Source: Octopus bimaculoides
Lineage: Eukaryota
Reading direction: 5' to 3'
Length of the DNA: 64,000 nt
NCBI RefSeq assembly: GCF_001194135.2
Contig: NC_068982.1
Span: 89,772,800-89,836,799, forward strand
Shown: positions 1 through 13,307 of the stretch, one piece after another
Numbering within the stretch: the first letter of the stretch is position 1
Layout of the letters: each line of letters begins with the position of its first letter
The notes under the pieces: generated by a model
Database searches by the model: none
What the model was told of the DNA's origin: nothing
What the model saw: only the letters and a program-made list of their open reading frames with translations
Program-made: the position numbers and the translations under genes

Positions 1-232
1 TGGGCCTGAAATTACTGATATGGTCCCCCTTGCTCGGGTCTTTTCTGACCAGCGTTACCACTCCCCGACTCACAGAGCAGGGAATTCTCCCATTCTGTTG
101 CCAGTTCGTGTACACGCCAGCCAGCAAGTGTCCGAACAAGTCCGGCATTGTACTATAAAACTCGTAGGGCAGACCATCCAGTCCCGGCGACCTGTCCCGC
201 GCGCTCTCTGCCAGTACCTCTTTGACCTGTTT
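1..232 (-). mobile_element. Tx1/L1-clade non-LTR retrotransposon, N-terminal reverse transcriptase fragment, running off the left edge
   Basis: Open minus frame KQVKEVLAESARDRSPGLDGLPYEFYSTMPDLFGHLLAGVYTNWQQNGRIPCSVSRGVVTLVRKDPSKGDHISNFRP. SPGxDGLPYEFY and GVVTL..K....NFRP are typical of L1/Tx1 RT. GC-rich relative to the window. Confidence 0.8.
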
Positions 233-1174
233 AAGAAGCATCAGTTGTGGTGTGCAAGAGAGACGATTGTGCTGGTATGGTCATGTGACAAGAATGGATG
301 AGGATAGGTGTGTGAAAAAGTGCCACACCCTAGCAGTTGAGGGAACCTGTGGAAGAGGTAAACCCAGGAAGACCTGGGATGAAGTGGTGAAGTACGACCT
401 TCAAACTTTAGGCCTCACCGACTAGTAACCGGAACCTTTAGAAATATGCAGTATGTGAGAAAACCTGGCAAGCCAAGTGAGAGCATAATCTGTGGTCTCT
501 GCCAGAAGTGTAGCCAGCTCACTTATTCGTATCTTTATTTCATTGGACACTAAACTCTGCTTGTGAAGACCTGTTGAGGCAAGTGAATTTGAAATCGAAA
601 GTGAACCAAATTCGATGACTGGCACCCATGCCAACCTCTCCTTCATTGGACACTAAACTCTGCTTGCAAAGACCTGTTGGGGCAAGTGAAATCGAAATCA
701 TAATTGAACGTTATTCAATGACTGGCACCTGTGCCAGTGGAATACTAACACCACCGTCCAAGCGTGATCATTGCCAGAGCAGCTGTCTGGCTTCCATGCT
801 AGTGGCACGTAAATAACACCATTTGAGCGTGATCGTTAGCAGCGTTACCTTACTGGCATTTGTGCCGGTAGCATGTTTAGAAAATCATTTGAGCAAGGTC
901 ATTGCCAGTGCCACTGGACTGGCTCCTGTGCAGGTGGTACATAAAAGACACTATTTTGAGCATGACTGTTGCCAGTACCGTGTGACTGGCCCTCGTGCCG
1001 GTGGCATGTAAAAACACCCACTACACTCTCAGAGTGGTTGGCATCAGGAAGGGCATCCAGCTGTAGAAACTGTCAGATCAGATTGGAGCCTGGTGCAGCC
1101 ATCCGGTTCACCAGTACTCAGTCAAATCGTCCAACCCTTGCTAGCATGGAAAGCGGACGTTAAATGATGATGAT
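233..1174 (+). mobile_element. RTE-clade LINE, 5'-truncated: ORF C-terminus plus 3' UTR ending in (GAT)n
   Basis: RSISCGVQERRLCWYGHVTRMDEDRCVKKCHTLAVEGTCGRGKPRKTWDEVV is nearly the same peptide as at 23.6 kb and 43.7 kb. The 3' UTR has an internal ~100 bp duplication (about 545-720) and the shared tail. Confidence 0.85.
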
Positions 1175-1576
1175 ATTTAACGAGCTATTTTGTATATAGT
1201 AGGCATTCTAGGATACTTTTGCCCCATTCATTCTTATTAGGGGACTGTTTTACTTTATTTTCATCCCTGGCCATTAAATTAGTTAAGAATATTTCAGTAT
1301 AATTTGATCTCAGAATCAAGATGAAACTGCAGAAAAAACAAAAACAAAACACAAAAGAAAAAATAACCCCCAAAAACAACAACAATAAACAAAAAAACTA
1401 CATTGTGTCTTTCTATTCACTTAATTCAAGCTTACATCAATATTAGAATTCATTTCTTTTTCCTTGAATCTAAATTAGCTTAATTGTTTAACTGAATCTG
1501 TTGTTGCTTTAGTTTTTATTTCTGTATTGGTTCTGAGCAAAATCATAGTAATGCTCTCAGGAATTTGAAATTAAAC

Positions 1577-1936
1577 TTGACTGTGGCCATGCTGGTGCAC
1601 CACTTTGAAGAATTTTTTAGTCGAATGAACCTACCCCAGTACATATTTTTTAAAAATCTCGGTACTTATTTTACCAGTCTCTTTTTGCTGAACTGCTAAG
1701 TTACTGGGACTTAAACAAACCAATAGTGGTAGTGGGGCCAAATATAAATACAAACACACACACACATACACATGACAGACATCTTTCAATTTCCGTCTAC
1801 TAAATCTGCCCACAAGTCTTTGGTTGGCTTGAGGCTATGGTAGAAGACACTTGTCTAAGGTGCCTCCCACACAATGGGACTGAACCTGGACCTATGTGGT
1901 TGGGAAGCAAACTTCTTACTACACAGCCACACCTGT
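1577..1936 (-). mobile_element. SINE family A; further - copies at about 2200-2435, 14008-14397, 34762-34905, 36420-36610, 41860-42000, 44750-44900, 48290-48640 and 53605-53970
   Basis: tttgactg.ggccatgctgg, gtttccgtctacc/taaat, gacacttg.ccaagg, aagcaa.cttcttac.acacagcc. Confidence 0.8.
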
Positions 1937-2397
1937 ACCTATGATGTTTAATATATATACATAGGAGTAATATTACTCAATGTAGTTCTCAGGGAGAGTC
2001 AGCATGGCACAGTATGTGACAAAGCTGGACCTTTGAAGTACAGATGCGAGTCATTTTTGCTAACTGAGTGGACTGGAGCACTGTGAAAAAATAAAGCATC
2101 TTGCTCAAGGATACAATGCATCACCAAGGGTTGAACTCATGACCTTACAATCATGAGCCAAATACCCTCACCACTGAGCCACATACCTTCACTATCCATA
2201 TATTATTTTATTCTATTTCAGTTATTTGACTGCAGCCATACTGATGCACCACCCTTTAGTCAAATAAATCGATTTCAAGACTTATTCTTTGTAAGCCTAG
2301 TGCTTATTCTATCGGTCACTTTCCAAAGCCGCTGAGTTACAGGGACGTAAACACAGCAAGCAATGGTGGGGGACCAAACAAAGACACAAACATATAC

Positions 2398-2435
<38 letters not shown>

Positions 2436-3113
2436 NNNNNNNNNNNNNNNNNNNNNNNNNNNNNNNNNNNNNNNNNNNNNNNNNNNNNNNNNNNNNNNNN
2501 NNNNNNNNNNNNNNNNNNNNNNNNNNNNNNNNNNNNNNNNNNNNNNNNNNNNNNNNNNNNNNNNNNNNNNNNNNNNNNNNNNNNNNNNNNNNNNNNNNNN
2601 NNNNNNNNNNNNNNNNNNNNNNNNNNNNNNNNNNNNNNNNNNNNNNNNNNNNNNNNNNNNNNNNNNNNNNNNNNNNNNNNNNNNNNNNNNNNNNNNNNNN
2701 NNNNNNNNNNNNNNNNNNNNNNNNNNNNNNNNNNNNNNNNNNNNNNNNNNNNNNNNNNNNNNNNNNNNNNNNNNNNNNNNNNNNNNNNNNNNNNNNNNNN
2801 NNNNNNNNNNNNNNNNNNNNNNNNNNNNNNNNNNNNNNNNNNNNNNNNNNNNNNNNNNNNNNNNNNNNNNNNNNNNNNNNNNNNNNNNNNNNNNNNNNNN
2901 NNNNNNNNNNNNNNNNNNNNNNNNNNNNNNNNNNNNNNNNNNNNNNNNNNNNNNNNNNNNNNNNNNNNNNNNNNNNNNNNNNNNNNNNNNNNNNNNNNNN
3001 NNNNNNNNNNNNNNNNNNNNNNNNNNNNNNNNNNNNNNNNNNNNNNNNNNNNNNNNNNNNNNNNNNNNNNNNNNNNNNNNNNNNNNNNNNNNNNNNNNNN
3101 NNNNNNNNNNNNN
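2436..3113. other. Assembly gap (N); others at 12246-12323, 14897-15291, 16460-16469, 31702-31711, 35036-35419, 38751-38760, 43824-44490 and 53234-53603
   Basis: Runs of n. These produce all the long X-filled ORFs in the ORF track. Confidence 1.
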
Positions 3114-3435
3114 AATACTTCATTTAGAGAATTAACATTGCTTGTTTTCACCTTTTCAATATCAGTGAAGAATTTCACTGGAAAAGAAGATATAAGGTTT
3201 GCCAGGTTTTTGTCTCTCTCACCAAGGTCATCAGCTGTCGAACGCCGACGAAGGGAAATAACCCTGAAATCCGGATACGTTCGTGCTGCTGGTCGAGGTG
3301 AGAGGGATAACTCCCTTGGCAAACAGGACACAGTCGTGTGTCGATAAGCCAGCTGGAGGAGATGTCCTCCTGGGGCTAAAAGCAACAGTAACATCCACCC
3401 CTAGGGGTCAGCCACACTTATGTGGCAATATACTA

Positions 3436-3476
<41 letters not shown>

Positions 3477-4327
3477 CTTGTAAGTTTAAAAATAATATAT
3501 AATATAAATAGTCTTATAAGATGAACAGATATATGAAGTGAACAGCTGTATAAGATAAACAGTGATATGAATTGAACAGTTTTATGAGAAGATATGTGAA
3601 TAAGATGAATTGTTTTATATAAGATAAGCAATTACATTAAGTAAGCAACTACATAAGGTGAATAGTTATATAATGTGAATATTAAGCAAAATTAAATGAT
3701 TCTAATTTTACTTTTATTGAACATAAAATAAAAGTGTCACTGTAACATGCATATAAAGAGTGCCGAAAATATATGGAAATATAAATAGAGCAGAAGTATA
3801 TAAATGAAACACCCTGGATACATGTTCCGTGCTTGTTCATTCACATGTTCAGTAATTTTGTTCCTTTTCAAAAGAAACTGTGCGTAGGTGTCCCACCTAC
3901 ACTGCTTCCAGGCCTGCCTATTTGTACATATCAAATATATCTTTTATGATCACATCAATATTTTGTTTTTGCCTTTTCTTTTTTAATCTAAATATTTTCC
4001 TGCCACTCACAGTAGAGTAGAAAAGTAAACTGCTAGCAAGCTAATTCTACAAGATACATATATATGATTCTTAATTGTAGCTATTTTATTTTGATTACAT
4101 TACTAATGCTTTTGAGAAGCACATAGATGGAGGAATAAAAAAACTAGTTCATTGATTCTGTTCTCCAAGAGTCTATTTCTAGTCTAAAAATCATAACGGT
4201 TTTTTTTTTTTCAGTGCTGTCCTTTTCTCAGTAGCTGACACTGCTTAGAGAATTTTCAAAGAAACATACACTGAGAATGGCTTTCTGTAATATTTTCCAT
4301 TTCCATAGGAGTATTGAACTCAATACA

Positions 4328-4554
4328 TTAATTGTTTAGCATTCTGATTGTTCTGTCTAATGTAATGATTGTTTATTCACATTATTTTGAATAAATCCTG
4401 TATTGCCTTATAGATTTCAGATTCTTATGAGGTAACTGTTATTTTAAGAATGATATTGTAGGGTAGGCGTGAGGGGCCAGATCTGACAAGTTTGAACATA
4501 AACCAAGAAGAATATTTTGGCCTGGTATGGCTGGCTTAAATGCTAATGGGTTAA
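4328..4554. mobile_element. piggyBac-like MITE (TTAA ends)
   Basis: ttaa..tttagcatt at the left end and aatgctaatgggttaa at the right. The interior is related to 13088-13307. Confidence 0.55.
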
Positions 4555-6971
4555 GCTCTTGAGAAGCAGTCAGTTATACAGGGCTCCCACTGCTTGCAAC
4601 TGAATACTATACCAACACTATAACAGTGAGTTAACATTTGTCGGTCTAAATCAGTGAAAGTCATGACCATAGATACAATAATACTATCTAGTACCACAAT
4701 ACATAAGATGGAGCCTTTGGTTGGCAGCCTGCCACTAAAGTTAGTCATTTATCCTTTTGCCTTAGGTATAGGTATTCTTTATTGCATATGAAACACTGTC
4801 CACCAGATCAGTATCTTATCATTTTAAAATATCTTTCATCCTCACTTACTGCTATCATAGTGTTGTTCACTTTTATCTGTCTGCTTCTATTACAGCTTCA
4901 ATTTTCATTCCACGTTAATCAATATGTTTCACACAACAATTTTCTGTCTCTAATTAACTAAATTATATGGCAACTTGCTCATTTATTTCTCAATTTCCAA
5001 CTACAATAAATGGCTAAACACCTCAATTTTCTTACTAACTCAGTATTTACTGCTTCTGCTTCAAATACACCATCTGAACTGATCTTTATTACATTCACGT
5101 TACTTTCAATATGCATCTACTAATATATATTTTAAATCCCAAAGGCTGATATTAAAATTGAATTAATCGATTTTTTTATCTCGTCTTTCACAAAATAAAT
5201 GATTATCCACATTTTCTATCCTTACAAAAGTATTTAGAAGAAATTAAAAAGTTATTTAGTTTCATTTAAATCTATTTAAAAAAAGAGAAGAATATGATTA
5301 TTCTTCAAATTGTTTTAATATACAGAGAGAGGCAGTTTATGTATTCGGGCACAATCACTCAGGCTATATCAGGGAAAATGGATTGTATTCAACATAGTCT
5401 CAGCGATTGCTTACACACATGAAAACTCCAAGCAGCTACAGACTGAATCCTTAACTTTACACAAATATAGGAATAGAAATGACTGTGTGGTTAAAAAGCA
5501 CACTTTGCCACCATGTTGTTTTGGGTTCAATTCCAACATGCAGCACTTTGGGCAAGTCTCTGTCTTCTTCTATAGCTCCAGGTTGACCAATGATTTGTGA
5601 GTGAATTTGGTAGACAGAAACTGTGTGTAAGCTTCTTTTATATGTGTGTGTGTGTGTGTGTATTTCACTGTGCTTGTGTTCCCATCATCATTACTTGACA
5701 ACTGGTGTTGGTTTGTTTATGTTCCAGTAACTTAGAGATTTGGCAAATGAGACTGATGGAATTAGCACCAGACTTAGAAATAAGTATTAAGGGTTGGTCT
5801 GTTTCACTAAAAATCATTTGAGGTTGTGCCCCAGCATGGCCATGGTCCAATGGCTGAAACTAAGAAAAGATACAAGATAATAATCCCTACTACATGTAAT
5901 GAGTGTTCTTTTCCTAGTTTGTCCCTATAAATGTAAATGTATATTAACAAATATCCGTTATACCCTTTGCTCAGAGTTTTGTGCTGCTTGGTGATCTTCA
6001 AGTAGCATGAAGAAATTCTTATTAAAAAATATTTATGAATTTATTCCTGATATTTATTATAATAAGGGAACGTACTTTGTACTCCTAGTTTGCAGGTCCA
6101 TACTTGTTTACACTATGCAATTTAGTTGGCCTTTGTTTTGCTGTTATAATTTACCAGGTCAAACATGCTATTCTATATGATATATTTGTACCACTGAGAG
6201 AATCTATTGCAGCATTTCTGATTATTTGTTTGGTTCATTGTCCTTGAGTTGTTGAGCTTTCAGTAATACTGTCCACATATCTGAGGTTAAAAATGCTGAA
6301 AATAGCCAATCAAGAACATGAAGAAATATTTAAATCTCTCCAGGTATTCTATAAAACTTTCAACAGATGATAAATTCAATTTTATTATTCTTTGGAGGTA
6401 GATAACTTGTTCTCTCTAAAGGAAATCCTTGTGTAAAACTGCATCTTGGTACAATTTGGAGCAAGTAAAAATATTCAAACTAACAATACTTTTCAATTCA
6501 TTCATGTTGTTTAATTTTAACCAAACCTAGGATCAAAGGTGCTACAAGTTTATTTCTTCAGACCTATCTAAAAATATATTAACCAATGCATCCTTCACTT
6601 TTTGGCATGAAATATATTTGACTGCTATTTCTAGCAGGTCATTCAATTATGCAGAGGCTCTTCTCTCACTCTCTCACTCTCTCTTTCACATGCACACACA
6701 CACACACACACACACACTCTCTCTCTCTCACCCTTATTATTCTATATTACAGACATGAGTGTCCGGAATTTAAGCAAATCCAATGCAGTTCAAAATTTTA
6801 TCCAATCTTTTTCATTGATAAATGAGTTCTATCTTCATAGAATGTATATTTACCAAGAGGTATTTAAGGATTGGATTTGAGATCAATAGCATTTGCAATT
6901 CAGAATAAATGCTTTCCACATGTTTAGCATCGTTGGTGGGTCTCTAGTCAGGAAGACTCACAAGAGTTGCT

Positions 6972-7134
6972 CAGGAGTGGCTGTGTGGTAAGAAGCTTGC
7001 TTCCCAACCACATGGTTCAAGGTTCAGTTCCACTGCATGGTACCTTGAGTAAAAGTCTTCTACTATAACGACAAGCCAACCAAAGCCTTATGAGTCGATT
7101 TGGTAGATGGAAACTGAAAGAAGCCTTTCATATG

Positions 7135-7166
<32 letters not shown>

Positions 7167-7420
7167 AGTATATATATATGTATGTATATGTATATATCTA
7201 TGCATGTGCATCTTTGTGTCCGTGTTTGTCTCCCATTTCCACTTGACAACCGGTGGTGTTGTGTTTACATCCTCATAAGCTTAAGACACTGATAGAATAA
7301 GAATCGGGCTTAAAAAATAAGTACTGGGGCTGATTCATCTGACTAACCATTCAAAACGGTGCCTCAGTATGACCACAGTCTAATGACTGAAACAGGTAAA
7401 AGATAAAATATAAAAGATAC
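6972..7420 (+). mobile_element. SINE family A; further + copies at about 5476-5877, 9470-9590, 13862-13997 and 27345-27600
   Basis: Same head, core, microsatellite and tail blocks as 12058-12570. Confidence 0.8.
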
Positions 7421-7679
7421 TCCACATCACTGTAGCAGTTATTGTAGTTTAGGAATGCTACATAAAAGTCTGTAATTCCTAAATGTCAGACCAAGTTTCC
7501 AGTTTGTAATTCATTTGACTGTATTAATATTCTACTGATTCATTCTATTCTGAAGTCTGTGCATCTTTGTTCAGTTGAGCTTCATACTGTAAATTACAAA
7601 TAGCAAATGATGGAGTGTAATGCTGTGCAGTTGCTTAGCAGTGGTCATTTTTGCCTCACAACTTTGTGGCTGAATTCCT

Positions 7680-8042
7680 TTCATGTGTTGGGCCTCATGG
7701 AGGCAATGACCGAGACCTTTGGCATTGTCATGTTTGAGAAGACCCATCAAGCTGAGCAAAACCAGTCATGGCAGATACTGGTGTCACACAAATTGTCACC
7801 CATGCCAGTGGCACTTAAAAGCACCCCGGTGTCATGCAAATGGCACCCAAGCTAGTGGCACGTAAAAGCACCAATTACACTCACAGAGTGCTTGGCATTA
7901 GGAATGGCATTCAGCCGTAGAAAACAATGCCAAATCAGATTGGAGTCTGGTGCAGCCTTCTAGCATGCCAGCCTGGTCAAACTGTCCAACCCATGCCAAC
8001 ATGGACAATGAACATTAGATGATGATGATGATGATGATGATA
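7680..8042 (+). repeat. Isolated RTE 3' UTR/tail copy ending in (GAT)n; related partial copies at about 9690-9950, 10690-10855, 13390-13495, 19920-20070 and 57670-57790 (+), and 39428-39625 and 41545-41600 (-)
   Basis: Shares aagcacc..acact..gtaaagtggttggc.ttaggaagggcatccagcc.tagaaac..tgccaaatcaga and ccaacccatgccagcatgga..gttaaatgatgat with the tails at 990-1174 and 24020-24212. Confidence 0.8.
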
Positions 8043-11000
8043 TATCTAATATAGGAGATGGAAGAAATTGTATCATCATTTGCATGTCTGCTGTAAATTG
8101 TATATCCATACTAACCACTACATCAAAGCAACATCACAACTCTGTCCTTCTAAAAGTGAGCAGCCAATGTTATAAACCGGTGACAAGCTGCCAGAATCGT
8201 TAGCATGCCAGGCAAAATGCTTAGTGGCACTTTGTTCATCTTCATGATCTTTGTTCAAATTCTGCCAAGGTCAACTTTGCCTTTCATCTTTTTGGAGTCA
8301 ATAAAATAAGTAGCAGTTGAACAATTACTGGCCTTGTGCCAAAATTTGAAACTACCATTATAAACTAGTCCAGTCAACAGGGATGTCAGTTCACACAGTA
8401 TCAACATAATATCAACAGAAATGTATATATATATGCATGAACATAGAAGATAGAAGTATCTTGCTATCTTTTCATTGATTAACATCTTTTAGGCTATTTT
8501 GTCAGGGATAGAGTAGTGACTCTTTATAATCAATTTCAATTGCACACAACACAGTACTACCAAATTTGGTGAGCTATTGGCAATTCAATTCAACAGCATT
8601 TACACCTGCATCTTACTGGTGTTAATTTCAAGGAAACTTTCTGTTTACTGTGCGGGTATGAAGGTCTACAAACAAATAACAGAGAGTGTGGAAAGAAGGA
8701 AAGAAAGAAGGAAAGAGGGAGGGGAGGAGAACAAGAAAGAAAAAAAAGGAGGGGAAATACAGCAAGTGAGTTAGAGTGCATAATTCACCCCATCACACAT
8801 ACTGATTTCTTTATTTGTTAATTGCAGGGCTCAATTTAAAAATTTTTTTTTTTAGAAATGAAGTAGTTCAACCAAAAATTGAGCTAATGTTGCAGATTTT
8901 GTTTCTTAGCTGCTTATGATTTTTCTCAGCATTCATATAAAATCCTTTTTAGATTTGTGAATTTAAGAGAAAAGTAATGTGAATTTAGAACACTAAAATT
9001 ACTGTCACATTGTATGTTGTTTATTTTTTCTTTATTTTTTAACTTTTCATTAATTTTAATGAAATTGTCAAGTCAAATTTGAAATGATTTCTTTGAGAAT
9101 TATGAGATTTGTTATTGATTTTAATATGAAGTTTAAGTACTTCACGGGAATTCTGAAATTTCTGTAGATAAGATGGTAAAACTAATAGCTGTTTACATGG
9201 TATTTGACTGCTGAGTCTGAATTCCCAATAGAATTATTGTCGTTGGCGAAGTTGATAAGTTCTATATTCCAATTCTAAGTGGGAAACTGAACTGTTTCAA
9301 TGTAGATATTGTATGAAAAGTTCTATTAATATTTCGTATACTGACAAGATCAACAAGATGAAGTGTGTAGATTTGATGAACACAAAATAAATTGATAACT
9401 GTTGAAAGAACTGTAGCCATAGAAGTGAGCTGTAGAATGATTTCTAAAAAAAACTACTCAGGAACAGACATGGCTTAAAAATTTACTTCCTAACATCGTT
9501 ATTTCTGATTTAGTCCCACTGTGTGGTTCATTGGGCAAGTGTCTCGGTTGCTCCAGGAGCTGACCAAAGATTTCTGAGTAGATTTGTTACTTTAATCTTT
9601 CCTTATCTAGCATAAAGCCACCGCTCTCTCTACTGTGGCCTTAATGAGTCGGAGAGGATCTTAGTCTTGTGAGCTACATGATGTCCTTCCTAGTACTGGT
9701 GCTATGAAAAAGAAGCACTCAATACACTATGTAAAGTGCTTGGCTTTAGGAAAGGCATCCAGCCATAGAAACAGTGCCAGCATAGAAACAACTGCAATAC
9801 AAGATCCAATAAATAAATGCCTTTCCTGAGAGAATCTTTAATGAAAGTGAAGTAATAGAGCTACTGGGGGTTGGTGCAGTTCTTGGATCAAATCCGGTCA
9901 AACTGTCCAACACATGTCAACATGGAAGATGAACATTAAAAGATGATAATGAACCTATGGATATTTTAAACAGTACACTGTATTTTGATTACAGTTATCG
10001 AATGTACAACAAAATATAAATATTTCATTGATTCAAAGGCATAGTCATTAGTGTATTGGACAGAATGTCTTACAGTATTTGTTCCAACTCTGTGCATTCA
10101 GAGTTCAATTCTAGTTCAACACTGGAAAACAATAATGTTTCTTGCAAGAAGTGTGATTGACAGATGCTATCAGGAGTCAGAAAACCAGTGAGAACAAAGT
10201 TTCCCTCAGTTGATCAGAAGATCAACTGACACAAATACCACTGTCATTGACTCAGTGTGGATAATAGATTCTGTGGATGTTCTCTGATGAATGTCATTAT
10301 TCTGTATACACCTGGTGTCACCTATACGATAACATAGAATTCTGTTTTTATTGTTGTTGACTTACTTCCATGATTCCTACTACATCTCTCTATCCTTCAA
10401 TGACTCCCTCACACTTTGTCTCCTAGTCAATTGCTCCCTTCCCATCCTCTTTCCCTCACACCTTATGTGCCCATTGTAATGTTGAATAGCCCTTAATAGC
10501 TATTCCCCTTACACAGTCCACCCTATTATCTTCAACACTAACCCTCTCTTCTTTTCTTAATCTTGTCACTAATCCCTTATCTCTCCTCTCTTCTCTGCCA
10601 TGCTCCCTCATCCTCTCCTTTTTTGCGATTTTAGGCCCTTGGCCTTGCAATTAATGAGGCAATCATCATTAATGCTAATCCTACTAAAAAGCAGCCAGTA
10701 CACCTTGTAAAGTGATTGGCATTAAAAAGAGCATCCAGCCATAAAAAAACCGTGTCGGAGTAGATATTGGTGCTGGAGACTTTCATCAGTCCTTGCCTAA
10801 ACATACAAACCATACAAATATGGAAACCAAACATTAAATGATGATGATGACGATGAAGTCAATCCTACTTGAGCAGAGAACAATGATCAAAAATGTTCCT
10901 GTATGACCATCTAGTGTTTTCTTCAGGTATAGTGTATCTAAGACTTATCTAAAGTAGACATTGATAAGAAAACTGTAAAAAAATAAATAAATAACTAAAA

Positions 11001-12057
11001 AGTACTTAAAGGTGCTTTTCCAAGGTTCCTTATCATATTTGTTCAGCACTGATTTGTGCAAACACTCACTTGTCACTCTCTGCATTTGAAAATGCAATAA
11101 ACCAGTGATTGGTCTACTGGAAGACTGTAACCAACAACACTATTGTTCAACAACTGCAATACAAAATCCAATAAATAAATGCCTTTCCTGAGGGAATCTT
11201 TAATGAAAGTGAAGTAATAGAGATCCCCAAGGGAATGTTAGCAATTATAATTAATAACACTGAACTGTATGAGAAACCAGATATAGAATTTCATAATATG
11301 GAAGTTTATGTTAGTTATCTGTATGAATAATGAGGGGAAAATGAAGCATATTACAATGTAGGCCAACATAACCTGGACATTTCCTCATTGCAGCAATGCT
11401 ATTTGGCCAGATTGAAGAGAGAGAAAGAGAGAGAGAGAGAGAAAGAGAGAGATGTTATTGGAAGGTGTTCAGATTATTATGATCTGTTAATAGCTAACAG
11501 AGAGTATGTCCCAGAATGGGAGATGTATGTAATATATATTATATAAATCGTTCTAAAAACTAACGATACATTTTGATTTTGGCACAAGGCCAGCAATTTT
11601 TGAGGAGAAGGTCTTGTTGATGCTATAAAACCCCAATATTTCACTGGTACTTTATTTTACCAAGCCTGAAAGGAGGAAAGGAAAAGTTGACCAAAGGAGA
11701 GTTTGAACTCAGAATATAAAGAGGTAGAACAAATGATGCAAAGCATTTTTCCAATACCTAACAATTTTTCCAGCTCACCACTTTATTTTGGGAGCAAATA
11801 ATCCTTTCTACTATAGGCACAAAGTCTGAAATTTTATAGGAAGGGATTACATTATTATAGGAAGGGATTACATCGATTACATTGTTCAACTAATACTTAT
11901 TCCATCAATTTCTGACAAAAGATGAAAGACAAAGTCAACCTCTACGGAATATGAACTCAGAACATAAAGATGGATGAAATGCCACTAAGAATTTTGCCCA
12001 GCATGCTAAGGATTCTGCCAGCTCACCATCTCCTAATATAGTAATGAACATAGTGTT

Positions 12058-12212
12058 TGAGTGGCCGTGTGGTAAGTAGCTTGCTTACCAACCACATGGT
12101 TCCAGGTTCAGTCCTACTGTGTGGCACCTTGGGCAAGTGTCTTCTACTATAGCCTCGGGCCAACCAAAGCCTTATCAGTGGATTTGGTAGACGGAAACTG
12201 AAAGAAGCCCGT

Positions 12213-12245
<33 letters not shown>

Positions 12246-12323
12246 NNNNNNNNNNNNNNNNNNNNNNNNNNNNNNNNNNNNNNNNNNNNNNNNNNNNNNN
12301 NNNNNNNNNNNNNNNNNNNNNNN

Positions 12324-12360
<37 letters not shown>

Positions 12361-12570
12361 CTGTGTGTCTGTGTTTGTCCCCCCCCCCCAACATTGCTTG
12401 ACAACTGATGCTGGTGTGTTTACGTCACCGTAACTTAAGCGGTTCAGCAAAAGAGACCGATAGAATAAGTACTCGACTTCCAAAGAATAAGTCCTGGGGT
12501 CGATTTGCTTGACTAAAGGCGGTGCTGCAGCATGGCCACAGTCAAATGACTAAAACAAGTAAAAGAGTAT
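12058..12570 (+). mobile_element. tRNA-derived SINE family A (CORE-like, octopus OR-type) with internal (TA)n(TG)n; well-preserved copy
   Basis: Head gtggccgtgtggtaag with B-box ggttcagtcc, core ccttgggcaagtgtcttctactatagcc, microsatellite, then tail ggtgctgcagcatggccacagtcaaatgactaaaacaagtaaaaga. Confidence 0.85.
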
Positions 12571-13087
12571 ATATATATATATTTGTTCAGAATCACGCTG
12601 GATATGGAAGAGGAGAGAAAATAGTAATTCAGTAAGGGAGAAGTAGTGAGAGCAATAACCATGATTGAGAGGGACTGAGAGAAAGTAATGGCAATGAGAG
12701 AAAGGAAGGGGTGATTGATGAATAAGGAAGGAAGGGGTGAAAAAAAAAATCAGCATTTCAACTCTGTGTGAGTATGTGTGTGTATGTGTATGCATGTACA
12801 AGGGAGGTATGTGAATGTTTGTATGTGTGATTATTATGTGCTTCATTTTGTACTTTATTTATAAATAAAATACTACAATTAGCTGTCATTATTGACAGCA
12901 TGTGGTCAGCTAGTGTTAATAATAATGATGATAATTGTTTCCTATTTTGGTACAAGGTCAGGGGTTATTTAATTACATCAACCCCATTATTTTATCAATA
13001 CCAGAGGGATGAAAGGCAAAGGTGACTGCAGCAGGATTCGAACTCAAGTGATTCAACAAATGCTGCAAGACATTTCATCCGATGCAT

Positions 13088-13307
13088 TTACTGTTCAGAT
13101 TACTCTGTTAAGTGTACTACTTTTTCACTCAAATTGTTTTGAATTAATCATGCATTATCTTATAGCTTTGAGTCTTCAACGATATGATTGTTTATTTGTA
13201 GAATATCTATGTAGGTTAGGTGTGAGAGGCTAGTTATTGCCAGTTTGAATATAAAATATGTAGAATATCTGGGCCAGATATGACCGGTTTAAATACTAAA
13301 GGGTTAA
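13088..13307. mobile_element. piggyBac-like MITE, second copy
   Basis: Right end ggtttaaatactaaagggTTAA. The interior (cagattactctg..ttttgaattaatcatgcattatc) resembles the 4328-4554 copy. Confidence 0.55.

Noticed and set aside
2275-3394. Long ORFs of 160-360 aa here and at 14852-15394, 34792-35622, 43513-44675 and 53163-53646
   Set aside because: They consist mostly of N-gap X residues and (TA)n-derived YIYI runs.
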